Assembly (NCBI GenBank): GCA_016200085.1
Contig: JACQFL010000018.1
Coordinates: 48,006 to 112,005 of the forward strand
DNA length: 64,000 nt
Source: Candidatus Rokuibacteriota bacterium
GTDB taxonomy: Bacteria; Methylomirabilota; Methylomirabilia; Rokubacteriales; CSP1-6
Direction: 5' to 3'
Shown: positions 31,788 to 45,684 of the stretch, in pieces
Layout: each line of letters opens with the position of its first letter
Numbering within the stretch: position 1 is the first letter of the stretch
Notes under the pieces: generated by a model
The model's input: only the letters and a program-made list of their open reading frames with translations
What the model was told of the DNA's origin: nothing
The model's database searches: none
Made by a program: the position numbers and the translations under genes

Positions 31788-33521
31788 CTACGCCGTGATC
31801 GTGACCCGGAGGATTTCCTCGATGGTGGTGGTCCCCTCGAGCACCTTGGCGAAGCCCGCGTCGCGCAGGGTCTTCATGCCCTGCTCCTGCGCGGTCGCGC
31901 GCATCTCCGGCACGGGCGCGCCGTGCACGATCATGTCCCGCAGCTCGGGCGAGATCGTCATGACCTCGTAGAGCGCGGTCCGGCCCTTCATCCCGGTGAA
32001 GTTGCAGCGCTCGCAGCCCTTGCCCCGGTGCAGCGTGTAGGGCCCCGTGGCGCCGGTGGGCACGTAGCCGTGCCGGACCAGGACCTCTTCCTCGACCTCG
32101 TACGGTTCCTTGCACTGGGTGCAGATCTTCCGGGCCAGCCGCTGGGCGACGACGAGGACGAGGGACGAGGAGACCAGGTACGGCGGGATGCCCATGTCGA
32201 CGAGGCGGGTGATCGTCGACGGGCAGTCGTTGGTGTGCAGCGTGGAGAACACCAGGTGGCCGGTGAGGGCCGCGCGCACGCTGATCTGGGCGGTCTCGAG
32301 GTCGCGCGTCTCGCCGACGAGGATCACGTCGGGGTCCTGGCGCAGGAAGGACCGGAGGGCGGCGGCGAACGTCCGGCCCACGCCCTCGTTGATCTGCACC
32401 TGGTTGATGCCCTTGAGGTTGTACTCGACCGGGTCCTCCGCGGTGGTGATGTTGATGTCCGTGGAGTTGATGGTGGCGATGGCCGCGTAGAGCGTGGTCG
32501 TCTTGCCGGAGCCCGTGGGACCGGTGATGAGCACCATGCCGTGCGGCTTCTTGATCGCGTCCACGAAGCGCTGGAGGACGTCCGCATCGAAGCCCAGCAC
32601 GGTCAGGTCGAGCTTCAGGGCCTCGCGGTCGAGGATCCGGATGACCGCCTTCTCCCCGAAGATGGTGGGCATCGTCGACAGCCGCAGGTCGATCTCCCGC
32701 CCCATGTGGCGCAGCTTGATGCGGCCGTCCTGGGGCAGGCGGCGCTCGGCGATGTCGAGGTTCGACATGATCTTGAGGCGCGAGATGACGGCCGCCTCCG
32801 CCCGCTTGGGCGGCGTCCACATCTCGTGGAGCACGCCGTCGATGCGGAAGCGAATGCGGAAGACCTTCTCGTAAGGCTCCCAGTGGATGTCGGAGGCGCC
32901 CTTGTCGATGCCGTCGACGAGGATGGTGTTGACGAGCCGGACCACCGGCGCCTCGGCCGCGGAGTCCTTCAGCTCGAAGAAGTCCGCGATCCGCTGCTGC
33001 TCGGCGTCCTCGACGACCTCGACCTCGGAGGCCGTGGCGCTGAGGGTCTCCATGCTGAGCGTCGTGTCGCGCGCCTCGTAGTTGCGCTCGATGGCGGCGC
33101 GGATCGCGTTGCGCGGGGCGACCACGGGCGACACCCGCAGATTCGTCATGAAGGCGATGTCGTCGAGGGCGAAGACGTTGGTCGGATCCGCCATGACCAG
33201 GGTCAGCGCGTTGCCCATGCGCTTGAGCGGCAGCACCTCGTACTTCTTGCAGATGTGCACGGGCACGAGGCCGATCACCTCGGCGTCGATGTCGAGCTGG
33301 TGGAGCTCCACGCTGGCCACGCCGTAGTGCCGCGAGAAGAAGTCCGTCAGGGCCGTCTCGTCGACGAGCTCGAGCTTGAGGAGGACCGAGCTGAGCGTCT
33401 CGCCCGTCTTCTGCTGCTCGCCGAGCGCGCGCTTGAGTTGATCGTCCCTGATCAGCTTCTCCGCGAGGAGGAGATCGGCCAGCCGCTGGCTGCCGCGCCG
33501 CTCCGTGCCGATGTCGGTCAT
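31788..33521 (-). CDS. pilB: type IV pilus assembly ATPase PilB
   Basis: 577 aa, GSPII N-domain, Walker A GPTGSGKTT, tetracysteine motif. Confidence 0.95.
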   Translation of the reverse strand: MTDIGTERRGSQRLADLLLAEKLIRDDQLKRALGEQQKTGETLSSVLLKLELVDETALTDFFSRHYGVASVELHQLDIDAEVIGLVPVHICKKYEVLPLKRMGNALTLVMADPTNVFALDDIAFMTNLRVSPVVAPRNAIRAAIERNYEARDTTLSMETLSATASEVEVVEDAEQQRIADFFELKDSAAEAPVVRLVNTILVDGIDKGASDIHWEPYEKVFRIRFRIDGVLHEMWTPPKRAEAAVISRLKIMSNLDIAERRLPQDGRIKLRHMGREIDLRLSTMPTIFGEKAVIRILDREALKLDLTVLGFDADVLQRFVDAIKKPHGMVLITGPTGSGKTTTLYAAIATINSTDINITTAEDPVEYNLKGINQVQINEGVGRTFAAALRSFLRQDPDVILVGETRDLETAQISVRAALTGHLVFSTLHTNDCPSTITRLVDMGIPPYLVSSSLVLVVAQRLARKICTQCKEPYEVEEEVLVRHGYVPTGATGPYTLHRGKGCERCNFTGMKGRTALYEVMTISPELRDMIVHGAPVPEMRATAQEQGMKTLRDAGFAKVLEGTTTIEEILRVTITA

Positions 33522-34090
33522 GACGGGCCCCCTGCGAGCCGCTTCAGCGAGTGCGTGAAGGCCTTCTCGGCGTCGTCCTGATACAGCACGAAGACCACGC
33601 GCCGCAGGCTCGTGGACTCCTGCTTGAGGTGCTGGACGACCTCGCCGAGCATGGCATCCGCTGCGACCGGCGGCGCCACGTGGCCGACGCCGGTGCCGAG
33701 GGCGGGAAGGGCGAGCGACGTGATCCGGTGCTTGTCGGCGAGCGCGAGGACCGAGCGCGTGGTCCGGGCGATGGTCGCCCCGTCGGTCTTGAGGTCGGGG
33801 CCCATCACCGCGGCATGGATCACGTGCGTCGCCATCAGGTTGCCGCCCGTGGTCAGCACCGCGTCTCCGACCTCCACCGGTCCCTGGCCCATCGCTTCTT
33901 CCTCGATGATGACGCCGCCCTTGCGCTTGATCGCGCCCGCGACCCCGGCCCCCATGGCCAGTGTCGAGTTGGCGGCGTTGACCACCGCGTCGACCTCCCA
34001 GTCCGTGATGTCGCCGCGCTCGATCGCGACGCTGGTCTTGCCGACCCGGATCCTCACGGCCGCTCCTCCCGGGCCTTCGCGGCTTCCCAC
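33518..34090 (-). CDS. macro domain protein (ADP-ribose / O-acetyl-ADP-ribose processing)
   Basis: 190 aa with macro-domain pattern (..DAVVNAANSTLAMGAGVAGAI..); stop overlaps the pilB start (ATGA). Confidence 0.75.
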   Translation of the reverse strand: MGSREGPGGAAVRIRVGKTSVAIERGDITDWEVDAVVNAANSTLAMGAGVAGAIKRKGGVIIEEEAMGQGPVEVGDAVLTTGGNLMATHVIHAAVMGPDLKTDGATIARTTRSVLALADKHRITSLALPALGTGVGHVAPPVAADAMLGEVVQHLKQESTSLRRVVFVLYQDDAEKAFTHSLKRLAGGPS

Positions 34091-34881
34091 GCCCGGTCGA
34101 GCTCCGCGGCGGAGGCCTCGGACACGGACGTCCCCCCGGCCGCCAGGGTCGCTTCCATCTCTGTAAATCGGCGCCGGAACTTCTGAATCGTAGCCTGCAG
34201 GGCGTCCTCGGCGTCCAGCCCCGACAGGCGCGCGACGTTCACAAGCGAAAAGATGAGGTCCCCGAGCTCCTCGCGCACCCGCAAGGGGTCTCCCACCGCC
34301 AGCGCCTCACCGGCCTCCCGCACTTCCTCCTCGACCTTTCCCCAGGCCGCCCGCGCATCCGGCCAGTCGAAGTGGACCCGGGCGGCCTTCGTCTGGACCC
34401 GCTGAGCGCGCAGCAGCGCGGGTAGCGTCCGCGGCACGCCGTCGAGCACCGAGCGCCGGCCGTCCGCCGGTCCGCCCTCGCGCTGCTTGATCGCCTCCCA
34501 CTGCGCGAGCGCCTCGCCGGGCGTCTCCACGGTGGCGGTCCCGAAGACGTGCGGATGCCGGCGCACCATCTTATCGCCGAGCCGCCGCAGCACGTCCGCC
34601 ATCGTGAACTCGCCCTGCTCGCTCGCGATCTGCGCGTGGAACACCACCTGGAAGAGCAGGTCTCCGAGCTCCTCCTCCAGCGCCTCCACGCGACCCACCT
34701 CGATCGCTTCGAGCACCTCGTACGCCTCCTCGATCAGGTAGGCCTTGAGTGACGCCCGCGTCTGGTCGCGATCCCACGGGCAACCATTCGGGCTTCGAAG
34801 GCGTGCCATGATGTCGAGAAGCCGCTCAAAAAGGGCACCGGGGGGCTCCGGCGTCCCGCTCGCGACGTCCGAGTCCGCCAT
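34054..34881 (-). CDS. mazG: nucleoside triphosphate pyrophosphohydrolase MazG
   Basis: 275 aa with two tandem MazG EExxE-type domains. Confidence 0.85.
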   Translation of the reverse strand: MADSDVASGTPEPPGALFERLLDIMARLRSPNGCPWDRDQTRASLKAYLIEEAYEVLEAIEVGRVEALEEELGDLLFQVVFHAQIASEQGEFTMADVLRRLGDKMVRRHPHVFGTATVETPGEALAQWEAIKQREGGPADGRRSVLDGVPRTLPALLRAQRVQTKAARVHFDWPDARAAWGKVEEEVREAGEALAVGDPLRVREELGDLIFSLVNVARLSGLDAEDALQATIQKFRRRFTEMEATLAAGGTSVSEASAAELDRAWEAAKAREERP

Positions 34882-34954
34882 AAGACAGCGTCCCCATATA
34901 TAGCACGAGTGGGGCGCCGTTCGACCTCGTTCGACCTATGATAGCGTCACCCCC

Positions 34955-35398
34955 ATGGCCGACGCCGAGAGCGATTCGGGCTTCCGGGTCACCGATCGAC
35001 GGGGCCGATCCCGCGAAGAGGAGTCCAGCCCGGCCCCGCCGGCCCCTGGCCCTGACGCCGCGCGGCAGAGCCGGGCGACGACCGGACCCCCGCCGCAGGC
35101 GATCTCCCCGCCGCCCGAAGCGGCCGGCCGCAGCCTCGTGGGCCTCTTCGTCATGCTGGCCGGCTCGGCGCTCGGTGCCCTGGGCGAGGCCCCCGATCCC
35201 ATGACCGGTGAGCGCGGGCAGGATCTCGAGCAGGCGGCCGAGCTCATCGACGTCCTGATGCTGCTGCGGGAGAAAACCGAGGGCCACCGGACCACCGAGG
35301 AGACGTCCGTCCTCGAGGAAGTCCTCTACGACCTGCACGTCCGCTACACCCAGATCATGAAGTCGTTCGGATCACCACCCGGCCCGGCTCGATCCTGA
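34955..35398 (+). CDS. hypothetical protein
   Basis: 147-aa ORF with Pro-rich N-terminus and conserved-looking helical C-terminal half; family assignment uncertain. Confidence 0.4.
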   Translation: MADAESDSGFRVTDRRGRSREEESSPAPPAPGPDAARQSRATTGPPPQAISPPPEAAGRSLVGLFVMLAGSALGALGEAPDPMTGERGQDLEQAAELIDVLMLLREKTEGHRTTEETSVLEEVLYDLHVRYTQIMKSFGSPPGPARS

Positions 35399-36038
35399 CG
35401 TCTTCCACGGACGCCGGCGCCGGCCAGCGGAGCAGCTGCACGCCCGACGGAGGGAGCAGGAGCCGGTAGAGCAGGGCCGGCACCCGCTGGCGTCCGATCG
35501 CCACGTACGTCGGGTCGAACCTCACGAAGCGACGACCTCGGGGCGTGTCCACCCGCTCGATCCTCACGCCAGTGCGCACGCGGAGCCAGAGGAGACGGGA
35601 CAGCCACGCCTGCGGCAGGAGGGTGGCGAGCCCGGCGAACGGGGGCTCGCCCAGGAGCACCGCCAGGGGTAGCCGTCCTCGCACCTCGAGGGTGTCGCCC
35701 ACGAGGGCGGCGCTGGCCTCCCGCAGGGGCAGGTCGGCGAGGTCCGCGATCCGCGGCGCCAGCAGCGCATGGACTTCCTGCTCGCTGAGGACGACCGGCC
35801 CGCCGCTCCCCCTGCTTCGCGGGCGATGGACCAGGTCGAGCAGCTTCTGCTGGGCACGAGCGCCATCCGCGGGCGTGAAGGCGGCGGCCTCGAGTCGGGG
35901 ATCCTGGAGCGCCCGCCATCCCCCCCACGCCAGGCCCCCAACAGCGCCCGCCAGGATCCCCACCATGAGGATGGCGGTCAGGCAGCCGAGGCATCCCAGC
36001 CTCACCCGGTTACGGTAGCACTCCGCTGGCTGGTCCAC
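35355..36038 (-). CDS. hypothetical membrane-anchored protein
   Basis: 227-aa ORF with N-terminal hydrophobic segment; convergent with the previous gene. Confidence 0.4.
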   Translation of the reverse strand: MDQPAECYRNRVRLGCLGCLTAILMVGILAGAVGGLAWGGWRALQDPRLEAAAFTPADGARAQQKLLDLVHRPRSRGSGGPVVLSEQEVHALLAPRIADLADLPLREASAALVGDTLEVRGRLPLAVLLGEPPFAGLATLLPQAWLSRLLWLRVRTGVRIERVDTPRGRRFVRFDPTYVAIGRQRVPALLYRLLLPPSGVQLLRWPAPASVEDVRIEPGRVVIRTTS

Positions 36039-36094
36039 TGATCACCACGAAGTCCGTTGATTTACAACGAGGGCCCCTGCTGTGCGGTGTTATC

Positions 36095-36123
36095 CTTGAC
36101 AGTGATCCACTCATCTGATATAA
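36095..36123 (+). promoter_or_regulatory. sigma-70-type promoter candidate for dnaK (TTGACA-N17-TATAAG)
   Basis: TTGACA at about 36095-36100, 17-nt spacer, TATAAG at about 36118-36123, about 140 nt upstream of the dnaK ATG. Confidence 0.5.
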
Positions 36124-36259
36124 GATACACATAGTCAATATCTTGGGATCATGATCCCGGGAAAAGGAGCTCGAAGGAGACTCGACCAGCAGATCAAGAT
36201 CGACATCCTGTAGGCCAGGACGTCGAAGACGCACAGACAGGTGAAAGGGAGATCAGGAC

Positions 36260-38185
<1,926 letters not shown>

Positions 38186-38189
38186 GCCG

Positions 38190-39077
38190 ATGCGGCGGGA
38201 CTACTACGCGGTGCTCGGCATCGCGGCGACGGCGGCGCCGCGCGAGATCCGCCAGGCGTACCGGCGGCTCGCGCGGCAGTACTCGCCCGACGTGAACTTC
38301 TGGGAGCAGAGCGCGCGCGGCCTCTTCGACGAGATCGCCGAGGCCTATCGCGTGCTCAGCGACCCCGAGGCGCGGGCGATGTACGACCGCTTCGGCCACC
38401 GTGTCGGCGCAGCCGCGCTCGAGGCTGGCCGGCGAGGCGAGGACGTCCACCTCGCCGTGGACCTGCAGTTCGGCGACGCGGCGCGCGGCGTGACGCTCCG
38501 GCTCGGCGTGCCCCGCTTCTCGTCGTGCCCGGACTGTCGCGCCACGGGGCGCGCGCCGGCCGGCGCCTGCCCGGCGTGCCGCGGCCGTGGCGTCCGCCGG
38601 GGCGTCGAGGCCGTCGAGGTGCCCATCCCCGCCGGCGTCGACTCGGGGGACCAGGTGCGCCTCCGGGGCGAGGGCAGCGCGGGACCGTTCGGCGGCCCGC
38701 GCGGCGACCTCGTGGTCAGCACGCGCGTGCCCGAGCATCCGTTCTTCAAGCGGAAGGGCGATCTCGTGCACTGCGAGGTGCCGATCAGCGTCTGGGAGGC
38801 CCTGCGCGGCGCCCGGGCCGCGGTGCCGACCCCCTTTGGCGAGACGACGCTGGTCGTGCCGCCCGGCACCGCGAGCGGCCAGACGTTCCGTCTGCGCGGT
38901 CACGGCCTGCCGCGGCCGGCCTCCGGCGGCGGCCGCGGTGACCTGATCGTCACCGTGCGGGTGACCGTGCCGTCGGGCCTGGACGCCCGCACCGAGGAGC
39001 TGGTGCGCGAGCTGGAGCGGCTCGCCCCCCTCACCCCGCGGGACGGCCTGACGCGCTGGGCGGGAGGGGCCGCGTGA
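38190..39077 (+). CDS. DnaJ-family co-chaperone (CbpA/DnaJ-like, divergent)
   Basis: starts at [11 protein letters not shown] inside the 325-aa track ORF; J domain but with SPD instead of HPD (..RQYSPDVN..); only two CxxC repeats; DnaJ C-terminal domains. Confidence 0.8.
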   Translation: MRRDYYAVLGIAATAAPREIRQAYRRLARQYSPDVNFWEQSARGLFDEIAEAYRVLSDPEARAMYDRFGHRVGAAALEAGRRGEDVHLAVDLQFGDAARGVTLRLGVPRFSSCPDCRATGRAPAGACPACRGRGVRRGVEAVEVPIPAGVDSGDQVRLRGEGSAGPFGGPRGDLVVSTRVPEHPFFKRKGDLVHCEVPISVWEALRGARAAVPTPFGETTLVVPPGTASGQTFRLRGHGLPRPASGGGRGDLIVTVRVTVPSGLDARTEELVRELERLAPLTPRDGLTRWAGGAA

Positions 39078-39460
39078 CCGACAGGGGCCGGCCGCTCTAC
39101 ATGATCGGCGTGGTGGCGGAGATGCTGAAGGTCCATCCGCAGACGCTCCGCTTCTACGAGAAGAAGGGGCTGGTGCGGCCGAGCCGCACGGTGGGGCGCA
39201 CGCGCATGTACTCCGACGAGGACGTCCAGGCGCTCGCGCGCCTGCTCCACCTCAGCCGCGATCTCGGCGTGAACCTCGCCGGCGTCGAGATCATCGTAAA
39301 GATGCGACGGCGAATGCTCGATATGCAGAAGCAGATCGAAGACCTGCTCGACTACGTCCGACGGACGGGCGGAGAGGTGCCCGCGGCCACCGGCAGCGAG
39401 CCCCGCGAGGCGCTCGTGCGGGCGGCCTCCGGCCAGCTCCGCCCCGTGGACGTGTTCTAG
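39074..39460 (+). CDS. hspR: MerR-family heat-shock repressor HspR
   Basis: 128 aa; N-terminal HTH LYMIGVVAEMLKVHPQTLRFYEKKGLVRPSRTVGRTRMYS matches the HspR signature; lies between the dnaJ-like gene and lon. Confidence 0.75.
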   Translation: MTDRGRPLYMIGVVAEMLKVHPQTLRFYEKKGLVRPSRTVGRTRMYSDEDVQALARLLHLSRDLGVNLAGVEIIVKMRRRMLDMQKQIEDLLDYVRRTGGEVPAATGSEPREALVRAASGQLRPVDVF

Positions 39461-39503
39461 CCGGCGGTCGGCTCCGGCAGGAAGGCAAGAGGGTTCGATC
39501 ATC

Positions 39504-41867
<2,364 letters not shown>

Positions 41868-41900
41868 ACGGGGGTCCGGCCTCGCCTAGGATATGAGGCC

Positions 41901-42602
41901 GTGGCCCGCGGCGGATCGTTCCTCCTCGCGGTCGCGGCCCTGATCCTCGCCGCGACGCCAGCCGACGCCCAGACCTTCCGGTTCCAGGCGGCGGACGGGA
42001 CCGTCCATCTCACCAACTCGCCGACGGACCCGCGGTATCAGCGGCTCGGCGGAGGTCCGGCGGCCATGCTCACCTGGGCCGCCGCTCCCGCGCGCGGCTT
42101 CGCCGGGTTCGCCCGCGCGATTGCGGACGCCGCGCGGCGCTACGGTGTCCCCGAGACCCTGATCTCCGCCATCATCCGCATCGAGTCGAACTTCAAGCCG
42201 CACGCGGTATCGCCCAAGGGCGCGCAGGGCCTGATGCAGCTCATGCCCGCGACGGCCTCCCAGCTGGGCGTGCGGAACATTTTCGATCCCCAGGAGAACA
42301 TCGACGGCGGGGTGCGCCACCTGCGGGGGTTGATGGAACGCTTTGCGTACGATCTGCCCCTCGCGCTCGCCGCCTACAACGCCGGGGAGCAGGCCGTGAT
42401 CACCTCGGGCGGGATCCCGCCCTACCCGGAGACGCGCGACTACGTCGCGCGTGTGCTGGGGCTGTATCAGGACGTGGCCTGGACAGCGGCCGCCGCGGGG
42501 GAGCCTGCGGCCGCCGACGCCCGGCCTCACCGCGTCACCGAGGTCTTCCGGGTATCCGGCCCCGACGGCACCGCCGTCTACACCAATATCCCGCCCCGCT
42601 GA
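41901..42602 (+). CDS. lytic transglycosylase (Slt domain) with DUF4124-like terminal motifs
   Basis: 233 aa, signal peptide, SLT catalytic region ..ISAIIRIESNFKPHAVSPKGAQGLMQLMP.. Confidence 0.8.
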   Translation: MARGGSFLLAVAALILAATPADAQTFRFQAADGTVHLTNSPTDPRYQRLGGGPAAMLTWAAAPARGFAGFARAIADAARRYGVPETLISAIIRIESNFKPHAVSPKGAQGLMQLMPATASQLGVRNIFDPQENIDGGVRHLRGLMERFAYDLPLALAAYNAGEQAVITSGGIPPYPETRDYVARVLGLYQDVAWTAAAAGEPAAADARPHRVTEVFRVSGPDGTAVYTNIPPR

Positions 42603-42603
42603 A

Positions 42604-42698
42604 GATGGGGGGCCTCCGGCGGGCCCCCCAAGCCCCCGACGCTCGGGATTGTTGCAGATGGGGGGCCTGGGCGAGCCCCCCAAGCCCCCCGACGCTCG
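42604..42698. repeat. two tandem about 42-bp GC-rich hairpin repeats (candidate bidirectional terminators / REP-like elements)
   Basis: GATGGGGGGCCTCCGGCGGGCCCCCCAAGCCCCCGACGCTCG and GATGGGGGGCCTGGGCGAGCCCCCCAAGCCCCCCGACGCTCG, each with a GGGGGGCC/GGCCCCCC-type stem, between convergent genes. Confidence 0.55.
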
Positions 42699-42783
42699 AC
42701 ACGCCCCGGCGGAGCCGTGGCGCGCCTCGATGTCCTGCTAACCGTCACCGGGCGCGGGGACTGGGGACTGGGGCTATTCGGGG

Positions 42784-43218
42784 TTATCGGCGCCAGACGA
42801 GGTCGAGGAAGCGCTCGAGGTGCCCGCCGTTCACGAAGACGTCGACGGCTTCGCGCGTGGCCGCCTGGTCCATGCCCCAGAGGGCGGCGCGCTTGCCCTC
42901 GGCCGCCATCTGGATGAACACCTGCTGGTCACGCGTGAAGGCGATGGGCAGGTCCTCGTAGATCTCGGCGGTGAACGCGTTGACGCCCGGCCCCCCGAGC
43001 GCGATGGCGGGAAAGAAGTCCGCGAGCTCCTGGTCCATCATCCAGGCGTCGGTGACGACGACGCCCGACCGCTCCTCGGCGCCGGCGGCCTTGGCGTTGA
43101 TCGCGCGCTTGAGCGCGTACGCGATCGGGCGGTCTTCCTCCTCGGGCAGGATCCCGTGTCCCACCACCACGAGCACGGTGGAGTGAAGATCGAAGTAACG
43201 GGTCATCCGGGCGCGCAC
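42784..43218 (-). CDS. hypothetical protein
   Basis: 144-aa ORF with host-like codon usage; no family recognised. Confidence 0.4.
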   Translation of the reverse strand: MRARMTRYFDLHSTVLVVVGHGILPEEEDRPIAYALKRAINAKAAGAEERSGVVVTDAWMMDQELADFFPAIALGGPGVNAFTAEIYEDLPIAFTRDQQVFIQMAAEGKRAALWGMDQAATREAVDVFVNGGHLERFLDLVWRR

Positions 43219-43245
43219 ATTGTCTCACGGCGCCCGGGCCTGCCG

Positions 43246-43890
43246 TCAGGGACGCCACGGGCGATCGAGGCCGCGATGCTGCACGGCCTCGGCGACGTGC
43301 TCGGCGCGGATCGCCGCCGCCCCCTCGAGGTCGGCGATGGTGCGCGCGACCTTCAGGACGCGGTCGTGCGCGCGCGCCGACAGGCCGAGGCGCGTCATGG
43401 CGGCGGCGAGCAGGCGCGCGGCCAGCGCGTCGAGCCCGCACGCGCGGCGCACCAGGCGCGGCGACATCTCCGCGTTCGTCCGCCCCGTGCGGAAGCGCTC
43501 GCGCTGCCGCTCGCGCGCGGCGACCACCCGCGCGCGCACCGCGCGCGACGGCTCGCCCGCGGGCAGCTGCAGGTCCGCGTGGGCGACCGCCGGCATCTCG
43601 ACGTGCAGGTCGATGCGGTCCAGCAGGGGTCGTGAGAGGCGGCCGAGGTAGCGAGCCCGCTCCGCCGGCGTGCACACGCACCGGTCGAGCGAGGGACAGC
43701 CCCGACGGCACGGGTTGGCGGCGCCGACGAGCTGGAAGCGCGCGGGAAAGTGTCCGACACCGCCCGCGCGCGCGATGCTCACCCGGCCGTCCTCGAGCGG
43801 CTGCCGGAGCGACTCGAGCACGTGCTGGGCGAACTCCGGCATCTCGTCGAGGAGCGAGTTACCTCGATACGGTGCAACGGCTGGCCTCGG
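43246..43890 (-). pseudogene. comM: 5'-truncated comM (Mg-chelatase-like / YifB family) remnant
   Basis: encodes only the C-terminal about 210 aa (..LLDEMPEFAQHVLESLRQPLEDGRVSIARAG..FPARFQLVGAANPC..). The AAA+ N-domain including Walker A is missing; homology stops about 30 bp from the stop of the next gene. Confidence 0.7.
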
Positions 43891-43922
43891 TTGCTCTTGA
43901 GTTTGCGGTCGCGGACGCTCGG

Positions 43923-45329
43923 TCAGGAAGGTGACGTCCAGGCGACCGTCCCCGCCGCGAGCGTCGAGCCGCAGAAGGAGCAGCCCGGGCGACGCGCGGC
44001 ACCCCAGTCAACGAGGGTGCCCCGCACGCCATCGAGCTTTCGGAACCCGCGCTGGATCCCCGGTTCGCCGTCGAGCTGGACCGCGCTGTCGCCGAGCCCG
44101 GACCCGGCGAAGCCGGAGAGGAGCTGGAGCACCTCCGTCACCGCCTGGCTCGCGACGACGCCGTTCAGGCTCACCACCTGCGCCTCGCCCTCCCGATTCT
44201 CGAAATAGCTGCGGTTGGGTCCGCGGAGCTCGGTCGCGAGCTTCTCCTTGGAGAGGAACCCGCAGCACCACATGCAGAAGTCGCCGGGGATGAGCGTGAG
44301 CACGTTCCCGCCGATCGCCACCCGCGGGCCATGGCGCTCGGGCTTCTCGATCGCCCGAATATTCACGCCCACGTCCACATACGGGATGAGGAAGCGCCAG
44401 GCGAGTTCCTGGAGGTCTGCCCGCGCGTGCAGGTTGTCGACGCATCCGACGATGACGTCGCCCCGCGTGAGCGCCGCGAGCGCCTTGGGTCCAGGAACGC
44501 GCTCGTTGACCATCTCGCATCGCGTCCCCATGCCGATCCGCCGCACGGCCCGTCGGATCACTACGGTCTTCTTCCTCCGGAGCCATACGTCGAGCCGCGT
44601 GAGGCCCACGAGCCGGTGACGGTCCGTCGGCGCGACGCGGTCGGCGTCGACGAGAATGATCTCGCCCACGCCGAGATGCGCGAGCTGCTGGGCGACGTGG
44701 CTCCCGCCGCCGCCGAGGCCTACGACTGCGACACGCGAGTCGGCGAGCGTCCGCTGGCCGTCCTCGCGAACAATGAGCCTCTGCCGCGCGAAGTCCATGG
44801 CGCCGTGGATCGGTTGCCGCGCTCCGCCCGCTGGCCAGTCGAGGATGGAGGCGCCGAGCCAGCGCACATCGAGCGCCACCTCCTTGGCCGCCGCCGACGC
44901 GCCCGGGAAGACGATGAGGCCGGTGGCGTCGGTGCGCGAGAGGACGACGGAGCCGTGCGGGCGCGCGGGCACGCGCGCCGCGAACATTGGCAGGAGCCGG
45001 GCAGCGCTGCCGCGGTCGTCGCCGGAGATACCTGGGGGACCGTCGTGCGCGTGCGCATGGAAGACGACGAGACCGAGCCCCTCGTCCACCGCGGTCTCGA
45101 GCGCGGGGATCATGGCGGACCCGCGCCAGGCCCCGCCGTGTCCGGGAGCGTGGAAATATGCCTCCTCGGGGAGTGTGAAGATCCTGCGGAGGAGGAGCAC
45201 CTCGCGGCCGGCGAGCGTGGACGAGGAGACGAGTCCGAGCGCCACGTACTCATGGCGGCCAGGCCGGAAGACGGTCTCCATGAGCAATTCCCCGAGACCG
45301 AGCGGGATGCGGAGCCCGAGTTCAGTCAT
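43923..45329 (-). CDS. JAB/MPN (JAMM-like) peptidase - ThiF/E1-like adenylyltransferase fusion protein
   Basis: 468 aa. N-terminus has EYVALGLV..FHAHAHDGPPGISGDD (JAMM-like E..HxH..S..D). C-terminus has the E1 Rossmann motif RVAVVGLGGGGSHVAQQLAHLGVGEIILVDAD plus Cys clusters CMWCCG / CSFCG. Confidence 0.7.
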   Translation of the reverse strand: MTELGLRIPLGLGELLMETVFRPGRHEYVALGLVSSSTLAGREVLLLRRIFTLPEEAYFHAPGHGGAWRGSAMIPALETAVDEGLGLVVFHAHAHDGPPGISGDDRGSAARLLPMFAARVPARPHGSVVLSRTDATGLIVFPGASAAAKEVALDVRWLGASILDWPAGGARQPIHGAMDFARQRLIVREDGQRTLADSRVAVVGLGGGGSHVAQQLAHLGVGEIILVDADRVAPTDRHRLVGLTRLDVWLRRKKTVVIRRAVRRIGMGTRCEMVNERVPGPKALAALTRGDVIVGCVDNLHARADLQELAWRFLIPYVDVGVNIRAIEKPERHGPRVAIGGNVLTLIPGDFCMWCCGFLSKEKLATELRGPNRSYFENREGEAQVVSLNGVVASQAVTEVLQLLSGFAGSGLGDSAVQLDGEPGIQRGFRKLDGVRGTLVDWGAARRPGCSFCGSTLAAGTVAWTSPS

Positions 45330-45684
45330 TTTGGGCGAACCGCTGACGCGCGGCCGTGACGAACCGGATGATGCTCTGGCCCTCCGCCCACGGGATGTTG
45401 AAGGAGAACTGCATCCACGACTCTCCGCCGACGATCTGAGTCGAGGTGCTTCGCGGGGCGCGGCCGTTCGCGAGGAGTTGCCCGGGCTGGACGTAGGGGA
45501 TCGGTTTCGGCTGGTCGGGATCGAAGACGATGAGCATGAGGGTCGTGGGAGGCCGGCAGCCCGGCGGGAGGTCGAGGTCGCTCACCCGGACGAGGGTGCG
45601 GGATCCTTCGCGCGCAGTCCTGACCCCGTCCCCGTAGACGGAGACGAGGTCCCGGATGGCCTGGTCGATGGTCTCAGCCCTCAT
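45322..45684 (-). CDS. small hypothetical protein, candidate E2-like (UBC-fold) component
   Basis: 120 aa with a single Cys (..PPGCRPP..), translationally coupled between the Ubl-like gene and the JAB-E1 gene; assignment by context only. Confidence 0.35.
   Translation of the reverse strand: MRAETIDQAIRDLVSVYGDGVRTAREGSRTLVRVSDLDLPPGCRPPTTLMLIVFDPDQPKPIPYVQPGQLLANGRAPRSTSTQIVGGESWMQFSFNIPWAEGQSIIRFVTAARQRFAQND

Noticed and set aside
42604-42698. Possible CRISPR array
   Set aside because: Only two repeat copies, GC-only hairpins, no spacer structure, no cas genes.
42603-43245. tRNA or tmRNA at the island boundary
   Set aside because: No cloverleaf-compatible sequence found by eye near the comM remnant. 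The island seems to target comM itself rather than a tRNA gene.
43246-43842. The ATG at 43842 as a genuine comM start
   Set aside because: That Met aligns with an internal Walker-B-region position (LLDE-M-PEF) of full-length ComM. The frame stays open upstream but loses ComM similarity, so the gene is truncated rather than short.
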